A stretch of DNA of 41,273 bases from positions 1 through 41,273 of the IMG/VR virus record IMGVR_UViG_3300049715_000002. One strand, 5' to 3'. The position numbers and the translations under genes were made by a program. Every line of letters begins with the position of its first letter. The first letter of the stretch is position 1. The notes beneath the pieces are model-generated. The model searched no databases. It was not told where the DNA came from and saw only the letters and a program-made list of their open reading frames with translations. This document shows positions 8,342 through 16,867 of the stretch, one piece after another. Source of the stretch: a virus (taxonomy: Duplodnaviria > Caudoviricetes).

Positions 8342-10192
8342 ATGAAGGTCTACCCGTACGTCATTGCTGGGGACCCGGTTACGGTCAACGTTCCCGAGAC
8401 CTGGGAAGACTTGTTGCAATTCATGGCGTGGTTCGAGGACGCTAACCAGCGTGGCCCGATCGCCGTGGACACAGAGACGACCGGTCTCGATATCTACTCG
8501 CCCAGCTACCGCCTGCGCACGGTCCAGTTTGGTGACCGGCGTACAGCATGGGTGATTCTCTGGGAATTGGGCGGGGATTTCGTCGCCTACGCGTCCCACG
8601 CACTTCGCCTGGTCCGTAAGGCGCAGATTCACAACGCGCCCTTTGACTGGGCAGTGCTTGACCGGCATGCGGCTACGTCGATTGAGTCGCTGGCACCACG
8701 GACCATCGACACTCGGCTGAAGGCTGGTCTAGTCGACCCGCGACAGCCGCAGGAAGGTGGGCGGGGGACAGCCCTCAAGCCGCTCAGCGCGTGGTACGTC
8801 GACCCTTCGGCGCCGGACACACAAGGCGACCTTACGGCGGTCTTCCGCTCGCTGAAGCTGACGAAGTCGACCGGTTGGGCGGGCATCCCGCTGACACATC
8901 CCACATACCTTCTGTACGCCGGTCTTGATGTCATCCTGACTGCCCGGCTTGATGTGTGTCTCGACCGTGAGCTGAGCATGTTGGATGTGCGCCCGAAGCT
9001 GGTGCAGTACGAACACGAGATAGCCCGTATCTGCGCAATCATGCAGCGCAAGGGCATGGTTCTCGACGTCGACTACACGCGGGACCTCAATGAGCGCTTC
9101 GGCGCTGACGCGCTCATGTACGAGGGAACGGCGCTCCGCTATGGCGTGACCAACGTGAACGCGCCTGCGCAGCTTCGCGAGGCTTTCGGCGCCATGGGTG
9201 AGGTGTGGTCCGACCGGACCGACAGCGGGCAACTCAAGGTGGACAAGGCCGTGTTGCACCGATTCGCGGATCTCGACCAGAACACGGGCCAGCGATTGGG
9301 GGAGCGCACACCTAACCCGCTGGCTGAGGCCATCATTCGATCGAAGCGGGCCGGTAAGTGGCGTTCTGCCTACACGCAAACCTTCCTTGATGTGGCGGAC
9401 GCCGAAGGCCGGGTGCACCCGTTCATTAACAGCATGCAGGCGCGCACGGGGCGTATGTCTGTGACTCGCCCGGCGCTTCAGACTCTGCCTTCGAGTGACC
9501 ACCTGATCCGTAGGTGTCTGCTCGCTGAGCCTGGACACGTCATGGTGTCTACGGACTTCGCTGCTGTCGAACTTCGTGTGTTGGCAGCTCTGGGCGACGT
9601 GAAGCGCATGAAGGAAGCCATCCGTAACGGCGAAGACCTACACAGCTTCACGGCCCGCCTGGTGTTCGGCGAGGACTTCACTGCGAAGCACCGGAAAATC
9701 TCCAAGGGAATCGCCTTCGGCAAGGTCTATGGGGGAGGGGCAGCGACCATCTCTCGCCAGACCGGCGCACCCATCGAAGACGTGAAGCGCGCCATGGCGG
9801 CATACGACAGGGTCTATCCGGAAGTCAAGCGTATGTCTAACCGCTGGCAGCGCGAGGCATACGAGACGGGCATGGTCCATGTGTCCGTGACCGGTCGTCG
9901 CCTGCCGCTGGACCGTGAGCGCACGTACGCCGTGGTGAACTACGGGGTTCAGTCGGCTGCACGTGACTGCCTAGGTCAGTCGCTGATCAACATGGAAGAG
10001 GCCGGGCTGCTCGACTACATGCGGTTGCCGATCCATGACGAAGTGTTGTGCAGCGTGCCGGAGGCTGAGGCTGGCGCGTTCGCTGAGTCCATTCAGGACT
10101 GCATGACGTTCGATCTCATGGGCGTGCCGATCGAGGCTGAGGCGGAGGTAGGCGGGCGAAGCTGGGGGAGCCTGTACGGAGCTGACGTTTAG
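8342..10192 (+). CDS. DNA polymerase, family A
   Basis: 3'-5' exo DTETTG, HNAPFD, YAGLD; pol TGRMS, DFAAVELR, K.IAFG.VYG, IHDEV. Confidence 0.97.
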   Translation: MKVYPYVIAGDPVTVNVPETWEDLLQFMAWFEDANQRGPIAVDTETTGLDIYSPSYRLRTVQFGDRRTAWVILWELGGDFVAYASHALRLVRKAQIHNAPFDWAVLDRHAATSIESLAPRTIDTRLKAGLVDPRQPQEGGRGTALKPLSAWYVDPSAPDTQGDLTAVFRSLKLTKSTGWAGIPLTHPTYLLYAGLDVILTARLDVCLDRELSMLDVRPKLVQYEHEIARICAIMQRKGMVLDVDYTRDLNERFGADALMYEGTALRYGVTNVNAPAQLREAFGAMGEVWSDRTDSGQLKVDKAVLHRFADLDQNTGQRLGERTPNPLAEAIIRSKRAGKWRSAYTQTFLDVADAEGRVHPFINSMQARTGRMSVTRPALQTLPSSDHLIRRCLLAEPGHVMVSTDFAAVELRVLAALGDVKRMKEAIRNGEDLHSFTARLVFGEDFTAKHRKISKGIAFGKVYGGGAATISRQTGAPIEDVKRAMAAYDRVYPEVKRMSNRWQREAYETGMVHVSVTGRRLPLDRERTYAVVNYGVQSAARDCLGQSLINMEEAGLLDYMRLPIHDEVLCSVPEAEAGAFAESIQDCMTFDLMGVPIEAEAEVGGRSWGSLYGADV

Positions 10193-10221
10193 TTACCGCT
10201 CCGTAGCGTGACGGAATGGAC

Positions 10222-10243
10222 CACCTACCAATAACGGTAGGTG
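10222..10243. promoter_or_regulatory. Repressor operator
   Basis: CACCTACCAATAACGGTAGGTG. Confidence 0.85.
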
Positions 10244-10410
10244 GTTTTTCCAGTTCTTGACCAAGCACCTTCACGCCATGATCACAACTCGGATTCCAAG
10301 GTTCCGAAGTGTGTAGAACCTGTGTTCGCCCATCAATCGTAGGTAGGAACCCCGGTCACGCCTTCGAATCTTCTACAACTACCGACCTTAGTACTAGGTC
10401 TAATAGGGCA

Positions 10411-10459
10411 GACCACCTACCAAAGGCGTTGACCACCTACCAAAAACGCTGTCTAGTTC
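10411..10459 (+). promoter_or_regulatory. Two operator half-sites overlapping a putative host-type promoter
   Basis: GACCACCTACCAAA at 10411 and 10431; TTGACC 10429-10434 with CTAGTT/TAGTTC at about 10453-10459. Confidence 0.6.
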
Positions 10460-10588
10460 AACCAGCAACGACGAGCGATCCGGCCGGACGCTCGTCCGAG
10501 CAGACACCCCCAACTGAGGGGGACCAGTCTGCGGAACGGTGCTGCTCCCACCTCTGAGAGCTGCCCAAAATCCGGCCGGTTCCCTTCA

Positions 10589-10604
10589 GGCGTTCGAACC
10601 GCTC
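10589..10604 (+). promoter_or_regulatory. Phage-specific promoter motif
   Basis: GGCGTTCGAACCGCTC upstream of the sigma-like gene. Confidence 0.75.
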
Positions 10605-10641
10605 ACTACATCCCGAGCGATCAACCCGAAGGGAACACCTC

Positions 10642-11793
10642 ATGTCTGATATCACCTTTGCCACCATCGAAGCGGCCCGCGCGAAGGACCTGGGAGCCAT
10701 CATGGCCGTGGTCGCAGCGACCGAATCCCGCGTGACTCTGCTCGCTGACAAGGCAGCGCGCCGCATGGCTCAGTCCGGCGACCGGTTCGCGGACTACCGG
10801 GATGAGTTCGCCCAGGTTGCCCGTGTGGCCATTTGGGAGGCGCTGGAGCGCTTCGAGGGGAACACGGTCGACTCGTTCTACGCCTTCGCCTACCTCACCG
10901 CTGAGGGCGCTCTCATGGACGCTGTCCGGGTTGAGAAGCACGGTGCGTCAGTCGACAAGGATGCAATCAAGACACTGGCTTCGCTGCTCGATTCCACGGA
11001 CGGTGACCTGTTCGAGGCAGCGAAGTTGGCTCGTGCCCTTCCGGCCGGAAAGCGTCTGAGCGCTGAGCGCGCCGAAGCTGCCCGGATAGCCATGCAGGGT
11101 TCCGTGTCCATCGACTTCACGCCGGACGACGACGATGAGCCGGGATCCTCGATCGCTCACACGCTGGCGGTTGCGCCGGAAGAGCCGACCGAGATTAACC
11201 CCAAGGTGGGCCACGGTGCCGCCTGTGAGGCGCTGGAAGTGCTCCGCCGGTACGTGGTGGTCCCCCGTGACTCTGAGGCCCGTACAGCGCTTCTGAGGGC
11301 CCTTGAGGGTGTGGCCAAGCCCGCACATGTGGACGCCATCGAAGACGCGCTCACCGTGCCCCGCGACGCCGACACGCGCCGGTACGTGCTCGCTGCGATA
11401 TCCATCCTCCGGAGCTACGTCAGCACTGCCACGGATGGTGAGCTTGCGCACGATCTGCGGGACGAGTCTGACGCGCGCTTCGCTGAGTCCGCTGAGAAGC
11501 ACCAGCGGGTTAACGGGGTTCTTGACTCGATGGGGGAGGGGCAGCGCAACGTACTGCGCCACTCCTTCGGAATCGGTGGTGCGCTGGAGTTCGGCCACGG
11601 CGACGGATCCGACAACGAAGGACTTGCGGCACTGCTCGGTACGGACGCGAAGAAGGTCATTGATGCCCGGACGAAGGGCTACAAGGCCTTCGCGAAGCGC
11701 TACGTCAAGGTCATTTCTCTGGTCGACAGCGAGCGCGCCGGGGAACTTGAGGCGGGTGCGGCGGCCACGCTCGTCCGGGGTGGGCGCAAGTAG
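10642..11793 (+). CDS. Sigma-factor-like transcriptional activator (phiC31 gp12-like)
   Basis: Region-2-like DEFAQVARVAIWEALERF; region-4-like LDSMGEGQRNVLRHSFGI...LAALLG; position after DNA polymerase. Confidence 0.8.
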   Translation: MSDITFATIEAARAKDLGAIMAVVAATESRVTLLADKAARRMAQSGDRFADYRDEFAQVARVAIWEALERFEGNTVDSFYAFAYLTAEGALMDAVRVEKHGASVDKDAIKTLASLLDSTDGDLFEAAKLARALPAGKRLSAERAEAARIAMQGSVSIDFTPDDDDEPGSSIAHTLAVAPEEPTEINPKVGHGAACEALEVLRRYVVVPRDSEARTALLRALEGVAKPAHVDAIEDALTVPRDADTRRYVLAAISILRSYVSTATDGELAHDLRDESDARFAESAEKHQRVNGVLDSMGEGQRNVLRHSFGIGGALEFGHGDGSDNEGLAALLGTDAKKVIDARTKGYKAFAKRYVKVISLVDSERAGELEAGAAATLVRGGRK

Positions 11794-12061
11794 CTTGCCG
11801 ACCCTCGATGTTGCTGCTCTGTACCAGCGATCACGCAGGCGCAGAGCAGCCCCGTACAGCCGCGCGGAAGTCTTTGCCCGCTGGGATGGTCGCTGCTGCT
11901 ACTGCGATGCCCCAGCGGAGCACCTGGACCACGTGCAGCCGCTTTCGCGGGGAGGGCGAGACATCTTGTCGAACGTCGTCCCCGCCTGCGCTGGCTGCAA
12001 CCTCTCAAAGGCCGCTCAGACGCTGGCCGAATGGGTAGGCGTTCGAACCGCTCAGGGGTAG
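11780..12061 (+). CDS. HNH endonuclease (start GTG 11780 or TTG 11795)
   Basis: CCYC...LDHVQPLSRGG...SNVVPACAGCNLSK. Confidence 0.85.
   Translation: MGASSLPTLDVAALYQRSRRRRAAPYSRAEVFARWDGRCCYCDAPAEHLDHVQPLSRGGRDILSNVVPACAGCNLSKAAQTLAEWVGVRTAQG
12038..12053 (+). promoter_or_regulatory. Phage-specific promoter motif inside HNH 3' end
   Basis: GGCGTTCGAACCGCTC. Confidence 0.7.
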
Positions 12062-12091
12062 TAAGCGAAGCACACGTGAAGGAGAGAGCAC

Positions 12092-12457
12092 GTGAAGGTT
12101 TGGCGAGTTGAGCACGAGACATCCACCGCCCCGGAGGGGTGGCCCTGCGGACCCTACTGCGGACCGGAGCGGGTAGGTGGACTGGCATTCGCTCACAGCG
12201 ACGATGAGCACCCTGGTCCCTACTGGGACCGCACGCTGAACTACATCGACAATAACGAGATATGCGGGCTCGTCTCCCGCGAAGCGCTCGACAAGTGGTT
12301 CACGGACTGGCATGACGCACTTGAGCGACGCGGGTTCGTGATCAGCGTCTACGAAGTGCCGTACGACGATGCCCGGATTGGTGAGTACGGGCAGACCGTT
12401 TTCAAGTTCAGCGCCGCTACGCGAGTTGGCGCAGAGTTCTGGGGGGTAATCGGATGA
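12092..12457 (+). CDS. Hypothetical phage protein
   Basis: RBS AAGGAGAG, GTG start. Confidence 0.85.
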   Translation: MKVWRVEHETSTAPEGWPCGPYCGPERVGGLAFAHSDDEHPGPYWDRTLNYIDNNEICGLVSREALDKWFTDWHDALERRGFVISVYEVPYDDARIGEYGQTVFKFSAATRVGAEFWGVIG

Positions 12458-12621
12458 CGTACAACCTGCCTAGCGGCTACACCGTGCGGACGACGAAGGT
12501 AGACAGCGGGACTGAGTTCGAGACGCGCAATCCGGCGGGTGAGGTCATCGCTTCCGTGATCCATGGCCGGGAGGATGCGCGTGAACTGGTGCTGGCGCTC
12601 ATAGAGATCAGTCGACGCTAA
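12454..12621 (+). CDS. 55-aa hypothetical protein (not in ORF track)
   Basis: ATGA overlap; MTYNLPSGYTVRTTKVDSGTEFETRNPAGEVIASV... Confidence 0.7.
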   Translation: MTYNLPSGYTVRTTKVDSGTEFETRNPAGEVIASVIHGREDARELVLALIEISRR

Positions 12622-12643
12622 CGAGCCGGACGTCAAGACGGAC

Positions 12644-12665
12644 CACCTACCGAAATTGGTATGTG
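12644..12665. promoter_or_regulatory. Repressor operator within a longer hairpin (12637-12672)
   Basis: CACCTACCGAAATTGGTATGTG flanked by GACGGAC/GTCCGTC. Confidence 0.85.
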
Positions 12666-12693
12666 GTCCGTCATCCTCATGGATGGAGAGATC

Positions 12694-13368
12694 ATGAAGA
12701 TTGAGATCCTGGCACAGACGCTGACGTACAGCGACGTGCTGAAGCGGGCATACGGGTATGACATGTTCGAGTCCGGGCGCGATACATGTGCAGACGGGCT
12801 TGCCGAAGCTGCGGGCCGCATCTGCTATAAGTCGTTCGACCGACCCAATCCGGCTACCGCCTCGAACGCTGGCTACCTGGACAACATCCTGCGCCAACGA
12901 CACTACAGCGTGCTTGAGCATGCATCTGTGACGTTCCTGGTGCGTGATGTGTCCCGTGCGCTGCTCGCTGAGCTGACCCGACACCGGCACCTGAGCTTCA
13001 GTGTGGTGTCTCAGCGCTATGTGTCGTACGAGACGACCGACCCCGTCATTCCGCCTGCCGCTGAGGGGACACCGGCAGAGACGGCTATCCGCAACGCCTA
13101 CGCCCGTTCGCTGGCGACGTACACATGGCTGGTGGAAGAGCTGACCGCCCGTGGACTCAAGCGTAAGGAGGCTCGCGAAGCTGCGCGCGCTGTGCTGCCG
13201 AATGCTGCGCCGGTGGACATGGTTGTCTCGGGGAACATGCGTGCATGGCGGGATGTGCTCGATAAGCGGCATTCACCTTCGGCCGATGCTGAGATTCAGG
13301 AATTCGCCCGTATGGTGCTGTGTCAACTGCGCACCGTTGCGCCTAACTCATTCCAGGACTTCAGCTGA
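12694..13368 (+). CDS. thyX: FAD-dependent thymidylate synthase
   Basis: [39 protein letters not shown]. Confidence 0.97.
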   Translation: MKIEILAQTLTYSDVLKRAYGYDMFESGRDTCADGLAEAAGRICYKSFDRPNPATASNAGYLDNILRQRHYSVLEHASVTFLVRDVSRALLAELTRHRHLSFSVVSQRYVSYETTDPVIPPAAEGTPAETAIRNAYARSLATYTWLVEELTARGLKRKEAREAARAVLPNAAPVDMVVSGNMRAWRDVLDKRHSPSADAEIQEFARMVLCQLRTVAPNSFQDFS

Positions 13369-13442
13369 TGGCAACTATTCGCCGATTCCTTTCGGCCCTG
13401 TTCTTCGGACTGCTCGCACTCATCGGAATTGAGAGGTACTGA
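13368..13442 (+). CDS. 24-aa hydrophobic peptide
   Basis: [24 protein letters not shown]; TGATG coupling at both ends. Confidence 0.6.
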   Translation: MATIRRFLSALFFGLLALIGIERY

Positions 13443-13852
13443 TGAGTCGCCCCGATTGGGACGCGTACTTTCTCGCCGGTGCCCGCTGGGTTGCCACTCG
13501 CGCTGACTGTACGCGTTCCCAGGTTGGCGCGATCCTGGTGAATGCCAAGCACGAAGTTCGGGGGACTGGCTATAACGGTGCGCCTGCGGGTGTGCCGGGA
13601 TGCGCCAGCGCAAGCGCCTGCCCACGCGGGAAGCTGTCGCGCAGCGAGTGTGCCCCGAACTCTGACTATGCCAACTGCACAGCGGACCACGCTGAGCGCA
13701 ACGCCCTTCGCCATAGCGCACCGGAAGAACTGCCGGGGGCCACGCTGTACGTGACGCGTGCTCCGTGTCCCGCTTGCTGGACCCTGATTCGCGCCTGTCG
13801 AGTCGCGCGAGTCGTCACCCCCGAAGCCCGATGGAGTCTCAAGTATGCGTAA
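13442..13852 (+). CDS. dCMP deaminase
   Basis: RPDWD.YF, RADC, GYNG, HAE.NA, PCPAC. Confidence 0.95.
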   Translation: MSRPDWDAYFLAGARWVATRADCTRSQVGAILVNAKHEVRGTGYNGAPAGVPGCASASACPRGKLSRSECAPNSDYANCTADHAERNALRHSAPEELPGATLYVTRAPCPACWTLIRACRVARVVTPEARWSLKYA

Positions 13853-14036
13853 AGCTTTCGCCCTCACCATCCCCGCTGTCTTCGCGCTGAGCGCGTGCTC
13901 TGCTGCGCCTGCCTATGGCACCGTTCACGTGGTCCACCATCACACGGTTGTGCACCACGTTGTTGCACGTCACCGGCCTGTCCCGCACTACTGGACCGTG
14001 ACGAAGCGGGTCCGCATCGCAGCGCACAAGCGGTGA
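13845..14036 (+). CDS. Small His/Val-rich putative lipoprotein
   Basis: MRK + hydrophobic stretch + LSAC lipobox; VHVVHHHTVVHHVV. Confidence 0.65.
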   Translation: MRKAFALTIPAVFALSACSAAPAYGTVHVVHHHTVVHHVVARHRPVPHYWTVTKRVRIAAHKR

Positions 14037-14041
14037 CCTTG

Positions 14042-14079
14042 AGCCCCTGTCTGGCACTGCGCCGGGCAGGGGCTTTTTT
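14042..14079 (+). terminator. Intrinsic terminator
   Basis: AGCCCCTGTCTGGC/GCCGGGCAGGGGCT stem plus T6. Confidence 0.9.
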
Positions 14080-14119
14080 GGTAGGTGGGTTGCGGAGCAC
14101 TTTGGTAGGTGCCTATGGT
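14078..14119 (+). promoter_or_regulatory. Host-type promoter overlapped by two operator half-sites
   Basis: TTGCGG(14090)-N18-TATGGT(14114); TTGGTAGGTG at 14078 and 14102. Confidence 0.7.
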
Positions 14120-14151
14120 GTAGCCACAACAACAACGAAGGGGCGGACACA

Positions 14152-14586
14152 ATGAAGATCACGGCGACGCAGGCGAACGGCAAGCACTACGCGGAGGTTC
14201 GCAACGGTGACCGCATCGTGTTCCGCACCCAGGGCTACTACACGGCCCGCATGGCGCTGGCTGACGCTCAGTGCTGGGCAGCGTTCCACGGAGAGGAAAT
14301 CATGACCCCTGAGCTTGAAGCCGCTCGTCAGCTTGGTCTGAAGATGGCAGCGAAGATGGACGCCGAGAACACCGTTACGGTTTCCAGCGGCACTCACGTT
14401 CTTCCCTGGGAAATGGCGCATGAGCTTCGCAAGCCTGCACCCCACCCGCACAACGGTTTCGCTGGTGAGCTGGGTAAGCGAATGCTGGCGCGTCAGACAC
14501 TGCGTAAGGACTGCGCAGAGCTGCTGAGCATTCCGGTTGCTGAGGTTCGGGACGTGATCCGACAGCTGAAGGCGAACAAGCGCTAA
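14152..14586 (+). CDS. Hypothetical protein (C-terminus paralogous to 39927-40337)
   Basis: RBS GAAGGGG; ends RQTLRKDCAELLSIPVAEVRDVIRQLKANKR. Confidence 0.8.
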   Translation: MKITATQANGKHYAEVRNGDRIVFRTQGYYTARMALADAQCWAAFHGEEIMTPELEAARQLGLKMAAKMDAENTVTVSSGTHVLPWEMAHELRKPAPHPHNGFAGELGKRMLARQTLRKDCAELLSIPVAEVRDVIRQLKANKR

Positions 14587-14644
14587 CGGTAGGCAGGTTG
14601 GGGCCCTGGGAAGCCGGGGCCCCGGTAGGGGAGGGGCGCGGAGC

Positions 14645-15019
14645 ATGTACGACGCTGGCGACGAAGTCACCTACGTGGGCGGCATGGCTGAGTTGGCGGG
14701 CATGCCTGGTGTGGTGCAGGGTCCGGGCTCCAAGCCGGGGCGCAGCGTGGTCACGTGGACGAAACTTCGTTCCATTGTTGACATGTCTGATACTGTTCTC
14801 AAAAAGGAAGAAAGGGTTAAGCCGGTGGCTCAGATCAAGATGGACATCACTGAAGTTCGGCACATTCAGCAGTACGCCGACCGGAGCGTAGACATTCACG
14901 CGACGGACCGTGTGCGCGGAGAGATCATCATCCGTGCGCAGGAAGACGAAGTGCGCTGGCTTCACGCACAGTTGTGCGACATGGTAACCGCATGGCGCAA
15001 GAGCGACGGGGAAGACTGA
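14645..15019 (+). CDS. Hypothetical protein
   Basis: RBS GGAGGGG; ends at an operator. Confidence 0.75.
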   Translation: MYDAGDEVTYVGGMAELAGMPGVVQGPGSKPGRSVVTWTKLRSIVDMSDTVLKKEERVKPVAQIKMDITEVRHIQQYADRSVDIHATDRVRGEIIIRAQEDEVRWLHAQLCDMVTAWRKSDGED

Positions 15020-15020
15020 C

Positions 15021-15042
15021 CACCTACCAAAATTGGTAGGTG
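15021..15042. promoter_or_regulatory. Repressor operator
   Basis: CACCTACCAAAATTGGTAGGTG. Confidence 0.9.
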
Positions 15043-15050
15043 GTCCAGCG

Positions 15051-15080
15051 AAAGAGGCCCCTTCGGGGGCCTTTTCTTTT
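15051..15080 (+). terminator. Intrinsic terminator
   Basis: AGGCCCC-TTCG-GGGGCCT plus T tract. Confidence 0.9.
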
Positions 15081-15223
15081 GCCTTGGAAAGGTTGTTTAG
15101 TGTAACTAAAAGCTCTGAGTTTCCTATCAGAATCGGAGTATGGAAATCCGTTTGCGCATCGTTGAAGGTTGCAGCTTTACTCTTTCTCCACAGGTAGTGC
15201 TTTTACGAGGGGAACTGCACACG

Positions 15224-15760
15224 ATGATCACATTTGCTGATCTTGGGCCCCGTCCAACTGTCCATCTGTTCATGCGCGTGCCGGTCGCTCTGCCGTCCGG
15301 TGGGTGGACGTGGGGGGAGCTGCCCCGACATAAGGGCGGCATGGTGCGTGAGTACGCCTACAACGCGCATGAGTGCAGAGCGCTGGTGATGGCCTACGGG
15401 CGCATCCTGGGACTCTGCCTGAAGACGGCTGAGGCTGAACGCTTCGTGATCAGCGCGAAGGGGCCCGTCAGTCAGTACGAGGTGGGGCGTCAGCAATGGG
15501 AGTACTGCTCGGCAACCCGCAGCTACGAACCAGTGGGGGAGTACCTGTGCCAGTGGAAGCAAGCCGCTCGGGTCTACTTCGAGCGGACCGGCGAACTGAT
15601 CAGCCGTCAGAAGTTCAGCGCGACGACGCGCCCGCCGGTTCTCTCAGCGGTGGTCGGCCCGCGCTCCGTGCTGGCGGACCAGGGGCCGCATGTGAAGGCG
15701 AAAGAGGACGTGCCGCACGAGGAAGCATTGCCCGACCTGTACGGACTGCGTAGCGCGTAA
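15224..15760 (+). CDS. Hypothetical protein
   Basis: RBS GAGGGG before ATG 15224; GC3-rich codons from that point. Confidence 0.7.
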   Translation: MITFADLGPRPTVHLFMRVPVALPSGGWTWGELPRHKGGMVREYAYNAHECRALVMAYGRILGLCLKTAEAERFVISAKGPVSQYEVGRQQWEYCSATRSYEPVGEYLCQWKQAARVYFERTGELISRQKFSATTRPPVLSAVVGPRSVLADQGPHVKAKEDVPHEEALPDLYGLRSA

Positions 15761-15770
15761 CCTTCTGCGC

Positions 15771-15971
15771 ATGACAAAGCCCATGCGCAAGACCGACACC
15801 CGTGAAGCCCTGGTGGCCGAGTTGCGAGACGACTGCGGTTACTGGGGCTTCGTCGGTAATGATCGCAACCTCACGCAGGCAGCTGACGGTGCGTCTGCTC
15901 TGGAGAATGGCGCTGCCAGCGTGGAAGTAGGACACACGGTTTATGTGGTTGACGAACCTACAGACACGTAG
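15771..15971 (+). CDS. Hypothetical protein
   Basis: ORF with phage-like codon use. Confidence 0.6.
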   Translation: MTKPMRKTDTREALVAELRDDCGYWGFVGNDRNLTQAADGASALENGAASVEVGHTVYVVDEPTDT

Positions 15972-16041
15972 CTGACACGCCGTTACGCTGGGGTTCTGCC
16001 CGGTAATTGGGCCGGGCGAAGCCCAGTGAGGACAACCGAAG

Positions 16042-16371
16042 ATGACCGCCAGCGGACAGCGCATAAGCGCTGAGAATGTCGCTGCTCCTAACCCCACTCC
16101 GGGGCAGGCGCCTGCGACTAAGCACCTGCCTACCGGGTGGGGTTCGTTTCGTTCGGAGAGTAGGCGTGCCAGCGAACCCAGCCACTGGTACGCCACAGCA
16201 CCATGGAACAGCTTTGCGCTACGCGAGGAACACCCGCAGGTATTCCAAGATCGGGAAGACCTGCAAGATCTCATCTCCACCGTGGACGCGAACTCATGGG
16301 AACAGCTTGTGAGTCGCGTGAACGCTCAGGTGGCCCTGTACGCCTCTTTCCTGGCGGAGGTGGGGGAATGA
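16042..16371 (+). CDS. Hypothetical protein
   Basis: RBS GAGGA; ATGA overlap with next gene. Confidence 0.7.
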   Translation: MTASGQRISAENVAAPNPTPGQAPATKHLPTGWGSFRSESRRASEPSHWYATAPWNSFALREEHPQVFQDREDLQDLISTVDANSWEQLVSRVNAQVALYASFLAEVGE

Positions 16372-16793
16372 CCGCACCTAGCCCTGAGAGGCTCGCAGAG
16401 CTCCGCACAGACCCTTCGTGGATGGCGTGGGGGGCGTGGCTGGAGCACTACCAGCCGACCACGCCGGAAGACGCATCACCCTGCCCGTACTGCCTTAACG
16501 CCGGAGACCCCGCCGAAGGCTGTACCGAGGGACGTCGACTGTGGGGCGCCTACCGTCTGGCCCGGATCACCTTGACCGGTGGCACGCGATATGCGGTACG
16601 TCCCCTGTCCGGTCGGCTGCACTGGGGCATCTATGACGTCCTCATGGACGCGTGGTGCTCGCTGGCCATCGGCCCCAACACCTTTGCCCCGCTGGAATGG
16701 AAGTCAGCGGACGAAGCGTCGATGTGGCTGTACATGTGCCGTGTGGCATGGAGGAATGGCCTGGTCACAGGCCCCGAAGGCTGGAACGGCTGA
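16368..16793 (+). CDS. Hypothetical Trp/Cys-rich protein
   Basis: RBS GGAGG, ATGA overlap, CPYC..C. Confidence 0.7.
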   Translation: MTAPSPERLAELRTDPSWMAWGAWLEHYQPTTPEDASPCPYCLNAGDPAEGCTEGRRLWGAYRLARITLTGGTRYAVRPLSGRLHWGIYDVLMDAWCSLAIGPNTFAPLEWKSADEASMWLYMCRVAWRNGLVTGPEGWNG

Positions 16794-16815
16794 TCCAACT
16801 GCCCCGTCAGCCCTT

Positions 16816-16867
16816 ATGTGCTCAAACCTATGCACGTCAGGGGTCACGTGCGTATCCTTGAGTACAT
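16816..16867. other. attP of the serine integrase (central dinucleotide GG 16841-16842)
   Basis: 52-bp imperfect palindrome ATGTGCTCAA-ACC-TATGCACGT-CAG-GG-GTC-ACGTGCGTA-TCC-TTGAGTACAT directly at the integrase start. Confidence 0.8.

Noticed and set aside
5830-10192. Intein or intron in primase or polymerase
   Set aside because: Lengths are normal, motifs are contiguous, and no splicing signatures were seen
10309-10557. 82-aa ORF in the polymerase-sigma gap
   Set aside because: No RBS, atypical codons, and it runs through operators and a promoter
11303-11779. N-terminal extension of the 252-aa HNH ORF
   Set aside because: Overlaps the sigma-like gene out of frame with non-protein-like composition; real start is near 11780-11795
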